Below are positions 18,883 through 30,718 of a DNA stretch of 64,000 bases, one piece after another. Source of the DNA: Rickettsiales bacterium (GTDB lineage Bacteria > Pseudomonadota > Alphaproteobacteria > Rickettsiales > UBA998); the NCBI GenBank assembly GCA_046348685.1, contig JAXMDT010000004.1, forward strand, positions 128,473 through 192,472. Reading direction: 5' to 3'. The translations under genes were made by a program, and so were the position numbers. The notes beneath the pieces were generated by a model that had not been told where the DNA came from, ran no database searches, and worked only from the letters and a program-made list of their open reading frames with translations. The first letter of the stretch is position 1. Each line of letters begins with the position of its first letter.

Positions 18883-20157
18883 ATGCAGCATCTAGACTCA
18901 CTTTTGGCGCGCCTTGGCACACATCCTTTGCCGAATATCGCGCTCGGCCTGGAACGCATCCGCCAAGCGCTTTTTCTGCTTGGCCATCCGGAGAATCATC
19001 TGCCGCCGGTCGTGCATGTGGCCGGCACAAACGGCAAGGGATCGACAATTGCGTTCCTACAGGGGATTTTGCAAGCGGCAGGATATCGCGTGCATGTGTA
19101 TACATCGCCGCATCTGATGCGCTTCAATGAGCGTATCCAGCTATCAGGCGAGATGATTGATGACGTTCTGTTAGCGGCGCTCCTTGAAGAAGTAATAGAA
19201 AAGACGCGAAATGTGCCGCTAACCTTTTTCGAGAGTACCACGGCAGCCGCCTTTCTTGCATTCGCGCAGCGCCCTGCAGATATCCTGCTTTTGGAAACGG
19301 GGCTGGGCGGCAGGCTTGACGCCACAAATGTTATTGATCATCCTGCGCTGACGATACTTACGCCGATTTCCTTTGATCATATGGAGTATCTGGGAAACAC
19401 GCTGCAGGCGATCGCAACAGAGAAGGCAGGGATTTTAAAAAGTGGCGCACCGTGCGTCGTCGCACCGCAGGATGAAGAGGCGCTGGCAGTGATCGAACAA
19501 AAAGCGCAAGAAAAAAACGTGCCGTTATCTGTCTATGGCATCGAATGGAAACAGCGTTCCGGTTCCGAAGGATTCGATTATCATTCTTCGGTGTGGCAGC
19601 TGGATCAGTTACGGGTATCACTGCCGGGCACGCACCAATATATCAACGCGGCGACGGCAATTGCGGCGGCGGAACAATTAAGAAATTTTACGGTCACGCC
19701 TCACCACATAGCGCATGGACTGTTATCTGCTGTCTGGCCGGGAAGGTTGCAGCGTATCTATCCGCCAACATTGCCCGAAAAGGTAGAGGTTTACCTGGAC
19801 GGCGGACATAACGTGGCCGGGCTGCAGGCTCAGGCTGTATGGATAAAATCGCAGCCGAATCCGGTGCATGTCGTCCTGGGAATGCTGCGTGATAAGGAAA
19901 TTATTGCTAGTGCAGCATTGTTAAGCGAAGCAGCGGCATCGCTTACGATTACGACAATTCATGACGAAGCACGTGCCATGGATGGCCGAGATTATTCTGA
20001 GCAACTGCAACAACAAGGGATCGCAACCGCGTTTGAACCAAACTGGCAGGCTGCGGTTAATGCGATTTGTGATAATAATTCTGCGCCTTTCAGCATTTTA
20101 ATCACCGGTTCGCTGTACCTGGCTGGTGAGGTGCTGCTTGCATTGTCTGGTAATTGA
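18883..20157 (+). CDS. folC: bifunctional folylpolyglutamate synthase / dihydrofolate synthase
   Basis: 424 aa. Mur-ligase P-loop HVAGTNGKGST, typical FolC length, GGAG RBS upstream. Confidence 0.9.
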   Translation: MQHLDSLLARLGTHPLPNIALGLERIRQALFLLGHPENHLPPVVHVAGTNGKGSTIAFLQGILQAAGYRVHVYTSPHLMRFNERIQLSGEMIDDVLLAALLEEVIEKTRNVPLTFFESTTAAAFLAFAQRPADILLLETGLGGRLDATNVIDHPALTILTPISFDHMEYLGNTLQAIATEKAGILKSGAPCVVAPQDEEALAVIEQKAQEKNVPLSVYGIEWKQRSGSEGFDYHSSVWQLDQLRVSLPGTHQYINAATAIAAAEQLRNFTVTPHHIAHGLLSAVWPGRLQRIYPPTLPEKVEVYLDGGHNVAGLQAQAVWIKSQPNPVHVVLGMLRDKEIIASAALLSEAAASLTITTIHDEARAMDGRDYSEQLQQQGIATAFEPNWQAAVNAICDNNSAPFSILITGSLYLAGEVLLALSGN

Positions 20158-20181
20158 TGCTCGTATGGGGTAATATATCCT

Positions 20182-20643
20182 ATGGTTATTACTTCAAATG
20201 ATCTGGCCGAAAAGCGCCGCGTAAACGAGTATCTCAAAACGTATTGGGAAGGTATTCGGCGCGGGCGGCCGTTTCCGGCGGAATCGGAAGTCGACATCAA
20301 ACAACTGGAGCCGATCTGGGATTCCTGTTTTCTCGTTCGCAAGGAAGATGCGGGAGATCAACCCTATAATTATCTTTATCTTGGCTCGGCGCTCATTGCT
20401 GCGTATGGCGACGATATGAACGAACGCGAAGTATGTGAGCGTCTGATCTTTCCTTCAAACATGTCGCTCGTGCACCGCTTCGATGAAGTGATTGAGCGGG
20501 GAATGCCCGTCATGGAAGAATCCGAATTTACAAATACGAACGATCTTCTGATTCGCTATCGTTCCGTCCTGCTGCCTTTGGCAAAAGAAAACGGCACGAT
20601 TGGATTTATCATTGGCGGCATGCGCTGGAAGGCGTTTCGCTAA
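20182..20643 (+). CDS. small stand-alone PAS-like protein (PAS_5-type, alphaproteobacterial)
   Basis: 153 aa. YWEGIRRGRPFPAESEVDIKQLEPIWDSCFLV...LLPLAKENGTIGFIIGGM matches my memory of the PAS_5 family pattern. Confidence 0.6.
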   Translation: MVITSNDLAEKRRVNEYLKTYWEGIRRGRPFPAESEVDIKQLEPIWDSCFLVRKEDAGDQPYNYLYLGSALIAAYGDDMNEREVCERLIFPSNMSLVHRFDEVIERGMPVMEESEFTNTNDLLIRYRSVLLPLAKENGTIGFIIGGMRWKAFR

Positions 20644-21191
20644 TGAACAGCTTTGCCTCACTTTCTATCAAGCGCGCGGCGGTTTTAGAAAAAGAAAAGG
20701 ACCGCTATCTGATTATCAGTCATACGGGCGAGAAAAAAATCGTTGCGGCATCGACAGCGGCGGATGCCGTGGAAATCAGCGGCTTCAAAGACGTGAAACG
20801 TGTTGCAAATCTGGCGTATGAAGCAGAGCAAATTCTGGAAAAAGGGGTGCTTGCCAACCTGGATGAGACGTTCGAAACGCGAATTACCCTGGAAGAAGAG
20901 CTTATCGAATTCAATACGGCGGACCTGCTTGACGAAGCGCGAGATGAAGAAGCCTTTGTCGAATATAATTTAATTGAATTTGCGGCGTTGAATCATGTCG
21001 AGGCATCAAAACCGGAAATTGCCATCGCTCCGGAACCGGAGAGCGTAGCGAGCATCGAGGCCGAGCCGGTTGTAGAGCAACCAGAGCCAAAACCTGTTCA
21101 AATCATTGATGCGCCTGTGGAACATCCCTTGCAGCAAAGCGAAAAGCAACTTTCCGAGGCGGATGTAGAAGCCTTGCTTAAGCCTGAATGA
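20643..21191 (+). CDS. hypothetical acidic protein
   Basis: 182 aa, very Glu/Asp-rich with a PE/PK-rich tail. The start overlaps the upstream stop by 1 nt (TAATG). Confidence 0.5.
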   Translation: MNSFASLSIKRAAVLEKEKDRYLIISHTGEKKIVAASTAADAVEISGFKDVKRVANLAYEAEQILEKGVLANLDETFETRITLEEELIEFNTADLLDEARDEEAFVEYNLIEFAALNHVEASKPEIAIAPEPESVASIEAEPVVEQPEPKPVQIIDAPVEHPLQQSEKQLSEADVEALLKPE

Positions 21192-21225
21192 TTGCAGTTG
21201 GCAGAAGAATTCGCTAGATAAAGGC

Positions 21226-22239
21226 ATGCGTTTTTTTTCTGCACTCGTGATCAGTGTTGTATTTTTTAGCTTCAGCGCTTCGGCGCGTGATCAAATTCGC
21301 ATTGTAGGCTCCTCGACAGTATTTCCTTTTACTTCTGCCGCAGCCGAGCAGTTCGGCGATAAAACAGATTTTAAGACACCGGTCGTGGAATCAACAGGAA
21401 CAGGCGGCGGCATAAAGCTTTTCTGCGATAACAGCGGTATCGAACAGACGCCGGATATCGCCGATGCTTCACGTCCCATGAAAGATGCGGAATATGCGTT
21501 ATGCAAAAAGAACGGTACTGAGAATGTGATCGAGATTGCTATTGGTTATGATGGCATCGTGATCGCTAACAGCTACGGCGAAACTCTTTTTGAGCTTTCT
21601 TTGAAAGATTTATTTCTCGCGCTTTCTCACTATCAGATCAAGGACGGAAAGCTCATCGATAATACCTATAAGACGTGGAAAGAGGTAAATCCTCAATTGC
21701 CCGACACAAAGATCGAAGTCTATGGCCCGCCGCCTACATCGGGCACGCGCGATGCATTCGTTGAAATCGTGATGGAAAAAGTCTGTAAGCAGTTTCCGGA
21801 ATTTGAGGCTGCTTATCCCGACGAAGATGCCCGAAAAAAAGCGTGCGGCATGGTGCGTGAAGATGGCGCTTACATTGATGCCGGAGAGAATGACAATATC
21901 ATTGTGCAAAAGCTTCGTGCCAACCGGACGGCGCTGGGAATCTTTGGATTTAGCTTCTTAGAAGAAAATGCGTCCTTAGTGCAGGGCGCGGTTATTGATG
22001 GCGTGGCGCCTACCTTTGATAATATCACCGATGAAAAATACCCAATTTCGCGTACGCTTTATGTTTACGTAAATGGCGGGCATCTTGGCAAAGTCCCTGG
22101 GATTAAAGAATTTCTAGCTGAGTTAGTAAGCGATGATGCTGCCTCGGAAGATGGCTATCTTTCGCTGCAGGGGCTTATTCCTTTGCATGAAAGTCAGCGG
22201 CAGAAAATGAAAGAAAAAGTGGAAAATCTGCATGAATAA
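21226..22239 (+). CDS. pstS: phosphate-binding periplasmic protein, PstS family
   Basis: 337 aa. Signal peptide, IRIVGSSTVFPF and GTGGG motifs of PBP-like-2/PstS proteins. No pstCAB in the window. Confidence 0.8.
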   Translation: MRFFSALVISVVFFSFSASARDQIRIVGSSTVFPFTSAAAEQFGDKTDFKTPVVESTGTGGGIKLFCDNSGIEQTPDIADASRPMKDAEYALCKKNGTENVIEIAIGYDGIVIANSYGETLFELSLKDLFLALSHYQIKDGKLIDNTYKTWKEVNPQLPDTKIEVYGPPPTSGTRDAFVEIVMEKVCKQFPEFEAAYPDEDARKKACGMVREDGAYIDAGENDNIIVQKLRANRTALGIFGFSFLEENASLVQGAVIDGVAPTFDNITDEKYPISRTLYVYVNGGHLGKVPGIKEFLAELVSDDAASEDGYLSLQGLIPLHESQRQKMKEKVENLHE

Positions 22240-22723
22240 TATACTTCCCAGCGTTGGCTTAATCGCAGTTTTATTCGCCAGCACGCCGGCAATGGCGATC
22301 ATGTACCGCATCGAATGCCCGCAGCAGATTTCAACGCAGCAATCTTTAATGCAGCCAGTCGGCAATGAGTGGACGCCAATGACGGATACTTCTAACAGTC
22401 CGCAAATCTTGAATGGGGTTTCGCTTTTTGATGGCATTCCATCGAGCCTGGGAGAGCTAAAGCCGGATAATGGCGACTCCGATGAGCCGTATCGTGCATG
22501 GAGCTTCGGACAGGGAGGCGTTAATAATTTGTGGGCTGTTTGCCGGTATTCCAATACCAGCATGTATTTAGCGCAGCGCCTGCCGCCAATGATTCGCGCC
22601 TGTAAAGCAACGTATAATCAAGGGGTGCGTGTGGAAGGTAATGCCCAGGTTCGCGATTTTATCTGCCATCGCCGTGCAACGCGCGACGAGGTAACGCCGG
22701 GGTTGAACGCAACGCCTGATTGA
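22232..22723 (+). CDS. secreted Cys-containing hypothetical protein
   Basis: 163 aa. Signal peptide (LIAVLFASTPAMA) and four Cys in the mature part. 8-nt overlap with the pstS stop. Confidence 0.55.
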   Translation: MNNILPSVGLIAVLFASTPAMAIMYRIECPQQISTQQSLMQPVGNEWTPMTDTSNSPQILNGVSLFDGIPSSLGELKPDNGDSDEPYRAWSFGQGGVNNLWAVCRYSNTSMYLAQRLPPMIRACKATYNQGVRVEGNAQVRDFICHRRATRDEVTPGLNATPD

Positions 22724-22728
22724 AAGCC

Positions 22729-23181
22729 TTAGCGGTTTTTACCTCTCGGCGGGCTGGTATTATCTACCAATGCTTGGAACGAGTCCAAAGAAAGCGCTGC
22801 ACGGCCTGCCACCAGATTAGAATCCATTGGTTCCAGAAAACTGTCCGGAATAATTCCTTCTAATTCCACGAGTGCTGCGTGCAGTTTTGAGGTTGACTTA
22901 TATCCTATATATTTTCTTCCGGAAGACGAGATGTCGACTTTCTCAACCACTCCCTCTTGACAATATGAGTCAAGCAGATTGCGCGTGCTATGCTCGCTGC
23001 TCATGAAGGCGCTGGTTTTATGCCCTGTAAAATGAGGCTGCATCAGTCGCAATATTTCGCTGCGTAATGTTGAAATGGTTACCGGCTCAGTATCGAATGC
23101 TTCCAGATTCTGCAATGCTGCAAGCAGGAAATAGCGTCTGACTTTTTGTATTTCTGTAAGTGTCAGTCGATGCGTATGCAT
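22729..23181 (-). CDS. hypothetical protein, possible winged-helix
   Basis: 150-aa ORF. The central RNLLDSYCQEGVVEKVDISSSGRKYIGYKST resembles a wHTH wing. No family recognised. Confidence 0.45.
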   Translation of the reverse strand: MHTHRLTLTEIQKVRRYFLLAALQNLEAFDTEPVTISTLRSEILRLMQPHFTGHKTSAFMSSEHSTRNLLDSYCQEGVVEKVDISSSGRKYIGYKSTSKLHAALVELEGIIPDSFLEPMDSNLVAGRAALSLDSFQALVDNTSPPRGKNR

Positions 23182-23197
23182 AATCGCTTGCAGGGTT

Positions 23198-25234
<2,037 letters not shown>

Positions 25235-25359
25235 TTAGTTTTAGCTGATTTTAATAATTCACGGAATTGCAACAAAAGGGCAAAATAAATGTCATTAATT
25301 TGGGCTAAATTGTAGATAAGCTATAAAAGCAATAAAAATAAAGCTTAGCATTTGAATTT

Positions 25360-25818
25360 ATGAGTAATTTCTTAACGTTATCGCAGGTTGCCACCTCGTC
25401 AGCACTGATGGTTATGAACGCAGCCGTGGAGCGTTTCCGCCTGTTCAAAGGCGAGACTGCACTTGGAGTCATGGGCGATTCAGCATTCGGCCAAGGGAAT
25501 TTTCTAATTATCGATTCGACCGGTACGGGTGAGGAAATCCGGCTTAAAATTGCGAATGGTTCGGCAGAAGAAGCTATTACGTTTACGGTTAAGCAAAGAC
25601 AGGATGACCTAGCGCTTTACCATCTCTACGATATCATGTCTGAAAAGCATGCGCGCGTTTTGTTAGAACAGACGCCTGATACGAAAGATGATACGCATTT
25701 TCATACGCTGATTTTCCCAAAAACCGATTTTCTGAAATTTATAAATGCCATGAGGGAATGCGCTTCCGAGCGTCAGATGCGTCTTCATGTGGTCAATTAT
25801 GCCAGTGAGCTTGCCTGA
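25360..25818 (+). CDS. hypothetical protein (152 aa)
   Basis: ORF only, behind an AT-rich promoter region divergent from parE. No motif recognised. Confidence 0.45.
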   Translation: MSNFLTLSQVATSSALMVMNAAVERFRLFKGETALGVMGDSAFGQGNFLIIDSTGTGEEIRLKIANGSAEEAITFTVKQRQDDLALYHLYDIMSEKHARVLLEQTPDTKDDTHFHTLIFPKTDFLKFINAMRECASERQMRLHVVNYASELA

Positions 25819-25830
25819 CTAAACTAATTT

Positions 25831-28800
25831 CTAAGCCAGTTTTGCAATATTGGCGACCATGTCCCGCACCTTGCGAAGCACGTGGCTGCCTTCAAATTCA
25901 CCCTTGACCAGCAGTTTCTGATCCCCGCGCAGTTTCATTGTATCTGCGTGTCTGGCGATGTAACCGATGAGCGCCTCAGGATTGGCAAAAAGATTGTTGT
26001 GAAAAGCGAGGATCGCCCCTTTTGGCCCTACATCGATCCGCTCGATACAAGCCTGTACACAAAGTCGCTTGATACGCAGCACGGCAAAAAGATTTTCAAG
26101 CTCAGTCGGCACGGGCCCAAAACGATCTACCATTTCCGCAGCGAATGCCTCGATTTCCTGCTCGCTTTCCAGGCTGCTCATGCGCCGGTAAAGTGACAGG
26201 CGGAGAGAAAGATCTTCAATGTAGGTTTCCGGAATCATCAATGTCAGCCCCATATTAATCTGCGGACTGAAACGTTCCTGATCCGGCGCCACTTTTTCCT
26301 CTTTGAGATGCTGTTGGCGTTGCGCCTGAATCGCATCCTCCAGCATCTGCTGGTAGAGCTCAATGCCAACCTCACGGATATGTCCAGACTGTTCTTCGCC
26401 GAGCAGATTACCGAAACCGCGGATATCCATATCGTGACTGGCAAGCTGGAATCCTGCGCCAAGCGTATCAAGCGTCTGCATGACTTCCAGGCGTTTTACG
26501 GCGTTGGCAGTCAGCGTTTTTTGATGCGGCAGCGTAAGATAGCAATAGGCTCGCGTCTTAGAGCGGCCAACGCGCCCGCGTAGCTGGTAGAGCTGCGATA
26601 GTCCAAAGCGATCGGCGCGGTGGATGATCATCGTATTGGCGGTAGGAATATCGATTCCGGATTCAACAATCGCGGTCGAAAGCAGGATGTCGTATTGGCC
26701 ATCGTAAAAAGCGTTCATAAGTTTATCGAGTGTAGTGGGCGGTAACTGTCCATGCGCAACGGCAAGGCGGGCGCCAGGCACTAATTCCTCGATTTTAAAC
26801 CTAAGCTCAGTCAGATCGGAAATTCGCGGGGCGACATAAAAGACCTGCCCACCGCGATGCATCTCACGCTGGATGGCTTCACGAATGACAACTTCATCGA
26901 ACGGCAGTACGAAGGTGCGTACCGCCAGCCGGTCCACCGGCGGCGTGGTGATAAGCGAGAGTTCCTTGACGCCGGAGAGTGAAAGCTGCAGCGTACGCGG
27001 GATAGGAGTGGCCGAAAGTGTCAGCACGTGGACATTCGCTTTAAGTTGTTTCAGGCGCTCTTTTTGTTTTACGCCAAAATGCTGCTCTTCATCGACGATG
27101 AGCAAACCTAAATTTTGAAACTGTATGGATTCCGCGAGCAAGGCATGCGTACCGACGACGATCTTGACGCTGCCATCGTATAGCCCATCTTTAATCTCAC
27201 GGGCTTCCTTCGCAGCGGTCAATCGTGATAACATGCCAATCTTGATGCCGAGACCTTCGAAACGTTTTTTGAAAGTATGGTAATGCTGGCGTGCGAGTAG
27301 GGTGGTAGGGCAGACTAGCGCGACCTGCGCCACGTTTTCCGTATCATTCACGGCAATAAACGCAGCGCGCAACGCCACTTCTGTTTTACCGAATCCAACA
27401 TCCCCACAGATCAAGCGGTCCATCGGCCGTCCGGAATGCAAATCTTCTTTCACATCCTCGATGGCGCGAGCCTGATCTTCAGTCTCCATATACCCGAAGC
27501 GCTCGGTAAATTCATCATAAAGTCCAGCTTGCGCGGCGAGGGGCGTTCCTGGCTTCAATGCGCGCGCCGCCGCAATATGCATCAATTCTTCCGCAGCCAT
27601 GCGAATGCGCTCTTTCATTTTTGCTTTGCGAGCCTGCCATTGCGATGCGCCTAATTTATCGAGTTCAGCATTTTCGCCTTCACTGCCATAGCGCGAGACA
27701 AGGTCCATGTTTTCCACGGGCAGAAAGAGACGATCGTCATCTTTGTAGACGAGTTTCAAGCAATCATGTTTGGCGCCGCTTACTTCCACAGTCACCAATC
27801 CGTCGAATTTTCCGATACCATGATCGCGGTGTACGAGCAGCTCACCCAAATCGAATGCTGCCGCTTCCGCCATGAAAGCTTCGGTCGGTTTTTTCTTCTT
27901 GCGGGTTTGCTGCAATCGCGCTCCTAGCAACTCCTCTTCGGAAACAAATAATGCGAGAGGTGTACTGAAACCCTGTTCCAGCGGCAGCACGGCAAGGAAA
28001 GGCCCCTTGCCGCTGACTTCATCGAAAGCGGAGATTTTTTGCGATGCAATCATCTGGCCGATGCGTTCCGCGGAACCATTTGTTTCGGCTGCCAGTACGA
28101 TAGCTTTTTCCGAAACGGCTAGCTCTGATGCAATCATTTCCGCAGGTGAGCTATTTTTTGCTTTCGCCAGCGCGTAAATATTTTTACCACCGCGAAATCC
28201 GAGATCCGTAGCATTGCCTGAACCAGCAAAAGGTGAACATTCAACTGCTTTGCCTTTTTCCAGGAGAGCAACGCGTTCACCATCTAAAAAATACATCTCG
28301 CGAGGCGGCACCGGAAAATAAAGGTTTCCGTGCTTGCGGGCGTCTTTATGCTCTGAGTTAATCTGACGTGATTGATAATAATCGAGAATCGTTTCCTCGC
28401 GCTCGGCAATGGTTTTACTGCTTTGCGCAGCGAGCACCAAACGGGCGCCTGGCAAGTAATCGAGCAGGGATTCAAGTTTAGGATAAAAGAACGGCAGCCA
28501 GTGCTCCATGCCGGGGTAATGTTGGCCAGCACTGGCAGCGGCATACAGCGCATCTTCTTTCTGTGCTGGGCCGAAATGAGAACGGTAGCGCTCACGGAAA
28601 TGCTCAATGCGGCTTTCATTGAGCATCAATTCACTGACAGGCAGCAAATGGATGTTTTCTGCATCGCCTGTAGTGCGCTGGCTGAGCGGATCGAAGGGAC
28701 GAATCGATTCGATTTCATCACCAAAAACATCGATACGGAAAGGCTCGTTTGCGCCTGCCGGAAAAAGATCGATCAAGCTGCCGCGGAATGCGAATTCTCC

Positions 28801-29295
28801 TGGCTCCATAACCTTTCCTGCGCGATGGTATCCAAGTTCACCCAGTATGCGAATGACTTCTTCGTGATAAAGTGCACCGCCTTTTTTAAGATGCAGGCTT
28901 GATCCCCGCACAACATCGCGCGGCAGTATGCGTTGCAAAAGCGCGTTGACCGTGGTGACGACTACCGCCTTATTGTCTCCTTGACGGGACGCAAGATAGG
29001 CAAGTGTCTTTAATCGTTCTGCGCTTATGGTATTATGTGGAGAAGAACGATCATAAGGCAATGTATCCCAGGCAGGAAACGAAAGAATGTCTGTATTCGG
29101 GAGAAAGAAATGCGCAGTATTTAAAAACCGCTGCATATGACGGTCGTTCAATGCAACGAAGATTACAGGCTGCTGAGCACCTTCAATAAGTGCACGTACC
29201 GCCAACGGCTCGGCAGCTGTCGGAACGCCGTTGAGCTGCGGCATTCCTGTGGCGCTGTCATCGTTATGATGGATGTTCTTCAAGTTTTCCGGCAT
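25831..29295 (-). CDS. mfd: transcription-repair coupling factor
   Basis: 1154 aa. CarD/RNAP-interaction region (LVHRDHGIGKF), SF2 helicase motifs (GDVGFGKTEVA, DEEQHFG, LSATPIPRT) and the TRCF C-terminal domain. Confidence 0.95.
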   Translation of the reverse strand: MPENLKNIHHNDDSATGMPQLNGVPTAAEPLAVRALIEGAQQPVIFVALNDRHMQRFLNTAHFFLPNTDILSFPAWDTLPYDRSSPHNTISAERLKTLAYLASRQGDNKAVVVTTVNALLQRILPRDVVRGSSLHLKKGGALYHEEVIRILGELGYHRAGKVMEPGEFAFRGSLIDLFPAGANEPFRIDVFGDEIESIRPFDPLSQRTTGDAENIHLLPVSELMLNESRIEHFRERYRSHFGPAQKEDALYAAASAGQHYPGMEHWLPFFYPKLESLLDYLPGARLVLAAQSSKTIAEREETILDYYQSRQINSEHKDARKHGNLYFPVPPREMYFLDGERVALLEKGKAVECSPFAGSGNATDLGFRGGKNIYALAKAKNSSPAEMIASELAVSEKAIVLAAETNGSAERIGQMIASQKISAFDEVSGKGPFLAVLPLEQGFSTPLALFVSEEELLGARLQQTRKKKKPTEAFMAEAAAFDLGELLVHRDHGIGKFDGLVTVEVSGAKHDCLKLVYKDDDRLFLPVENMDLVSRYGSEGENAELDKLGASQWQARKAKMKERIRMAAEELMHIAAARALKPGTPLAAQAGLYDEFTERFGYMETEDQARAIEDVKEDLHSGRPMDRLICGDVGFGKTEVALRAAFIAVNDTENVAQVALVCPTTLLARQHYHTFKKRFEGLGIKIGMLSRLTAAKEAREIKDGLYDGSVKIVVGTHALLAESIQFQNLGLLIVDEEQHFGVKQKERLKQLKANVHVLTLSATPIPRTLQLSLSGVKELSLITTPPVDRLAVRTFVLPFDEVVIREAIQREMHRGGQVFYVAPRISDLTELRFKIEELVPGARLAVAHGQLPPTTLDKLMNAFYDGQYDILLSTAIVESGIDIPTANTMIIHRADRFGLSQLYQLRGRVGRSKTRAYCYLTLPHQKTLTANAVKRLEVMQTLDTLGAGFQLASHDMDIRGFGNLLGEEQSGHIREVGIELYQQMLEDAIQAQRQQHLKEEKVAPDQERFSPQINMGLTLMIPETYIEDLSLRLSLYRRMSSLESEQEIEAFAAEMVDRFGPVPTELENLFAVLRIKRLCVQACIERIDVGPKGAILAFHNNLFANPEALIGYIARHADTMKLRGDQKLLVKGEFEGSHVLRKVRDMVANIAKLA

Positions 29296-29412
29296 TTTAC
29301 AAAGCGTCAGTATCCTAATGGCAACAGGTGTGGCAATCTCCCCTCTTGTCAGTGCGGGACAATAAGAGGTATTCTTATTCCAGTAACGAAATTATTTGGT
29401 TCTCTCCCAGTG

Positions 29413-29447
29413 AAAAAAAGCCCTCCACCATCTGTGGGGGGCTTTTT
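29413..29447 (-). terminator. rho-independent terminator downstream of sdhE
   Basis: GCCCTCCAC-catct-GTGGGGGGC stem (one G-U position), flanked by A7 on the plus strand, which is U7 after the hairpin on the minus transcript. It begins 3 nt past the sdhE stop. Confidence 0.75.
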
Positions 29448-29449
29448 AT

Positions 29450-29704
29450 TTAAGCGTTTTTTGTGAGGATGGGAAGGAGGGGATCATATTTTCCTTCCTT
29501 GAGTGGGGTTGCGCCGATGAGCCAGTTCCAAATATCGAGATCTTGCTCTTCTAATAATTCTTCATACATATCAAGTATTTCACTTGGAATCGATGATAGT
29601 TTTGTATCGGCAAAATGGCCCAAAATAACGTCTGTTTCCTTACAGCCGCGATGCCAGCTACGGTAATAAAGGCGGCGGCGCCGCGTATCATCAGAAGATT
29701 CCAT
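29450..29704 (-). CDS. sdhE: succinate dehydrogenase FAD assembly factor SdhE (SDHAF2/YgfY family)
   Basis: 84 aa. RRRLYYRSWHRGCKETDVILGHFA matches the conserved R-G-x-x-E region of SdhE. Lies between mfd and recG, as commonly seen in alphaproteobacteria. Confidence 0.85.
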   Translation of the reverse strand: MESSDDTRRRRLYYRSWHRGCKETDVILGHFADTKLSSIPSEILDMYEELLEEQDLDIWNWLIGATPLKEGKYDPLLPILTKNA

Positions 29705-29728
29705 AGAATTTACGTAATATTAAGGTGA

Positions 29729-30676
29729 GTGGAACATAGTGAGAGAGTATCCACAAATGCAATAGTTTTCATGGAAGCATTTCATAGAAAGAACGAAGGA
29801 ATGTTGCTGGTCTGTCAGAATAATGACGCACGCAGTATCACCATACAATCTATGAACGGTATTATGGAGCAGATTCTCGGCTATCGCGAAGATGAACTGA
29901 AGGGTGAAGAGTTTTCTTCCGTACTTGCGCCGAAACATGCTGAGATGCTCAGCGATTATGTTGAATATGAAGAAGATGCAAACGATCTACATGCCGTATT
30001 GCAGAAGGTGGCGGAAATCCGTTTGATGCGGAAAAACAGGTCTGAAATTAAAACCGGTTTCAAACTGGTACGCGCTGAGGCGAAAAATCGCCATCACTGG
30101 TTCCGCCTGCTGGTGGAAGACCAGGAGATCAACGATGAAGCCGTCGCATTCAAACAAGCAGTTGTTGATAATTTCAAAGGCCATGAAGTTATTGACAATG
30201 AATCGGGACTGCCAGATGCGGCTTCCCTCAATAAAGATCTGGAGCTTGCGCAATTCTATGCGGAGTCGAAAAATCTTCGTGCCTGCTACGCGTATCTGCG
30301 CGTCGATGATTTTGTAGAGCTTGAAAAACAGTATGGCCGCAAGACCGCCGTCGATGCCATCTACCATATTTCACGCGTTCTGAAACGTAATCTGCGTGCA
30401 GACGATACAATAGGACGTGTTGGTGATATGGCGATTGGCGTTATTCTTATGGACCTGCCTATAGAGTCAGCGCGAGTGGTGCTGAATCGTCTGCGTTGGC
30501 ATATTTCAGCGGATGCTTTCCCTCTGCCGGACGGCGCACCGAAAAGACCGCTTACCGTCAGCGTCTGCCTTGCTAAGATCGGCGAGGATAAGGCAGCCAA
30601 TTTAAATGACCGCTCTGCACAAGTGCTGAATGAGTCGCCTTTGCCAAACGCATTTCTGGAACTTTATAAATCCTAG
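29729..30676 (+). CDS. PAS-like sensor fused to a degenerate GGDEF domain
   Basis: 315 aa. N-terminal PAS-like fold (ITIQSMNGIMEQILGYREDELKGEEF). C-terminal GGDEF-type fold with YLRVDDFVELEKQYG and DTIGRVGDMAIGVIL, so the GGDEF signature reads VGDMA. ATG 29771 is an alternative to the called GTG 29729. Confidence 0.7.
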   Translation: MEHSERVSTNAIVFMEAFHRKNEGMLLVCQNNDARSITIQSMNGIMEQILGYREDELKGEEFSSVLAPKHAEMLSDYVEYEEDANDLHAVLQKVAEIRLMRKNRSEIKTGFKLVRAEAKNRHHWFRLLVEDQEINDEAVAFKQAVVDNFKGHEVIDNESGLPDAASLNKDLELAQFYAESKNLRACYAYLRVDDFVELEKQYGRKTAVDAIYHISRVLKRNLRADDTIGRVGDMAIGVILMDLPIESARVVLNRLRWHISADAFPLPDGAPKRPLTVSVCLAKIGEDKAANLNDRSAQVLNESPLPNAFLELYKS

Positions 30677-30718
30677 TTTCAACTCGCCATTCCTTGAGAT
30701 TTTCGTTACGCTGATTTC

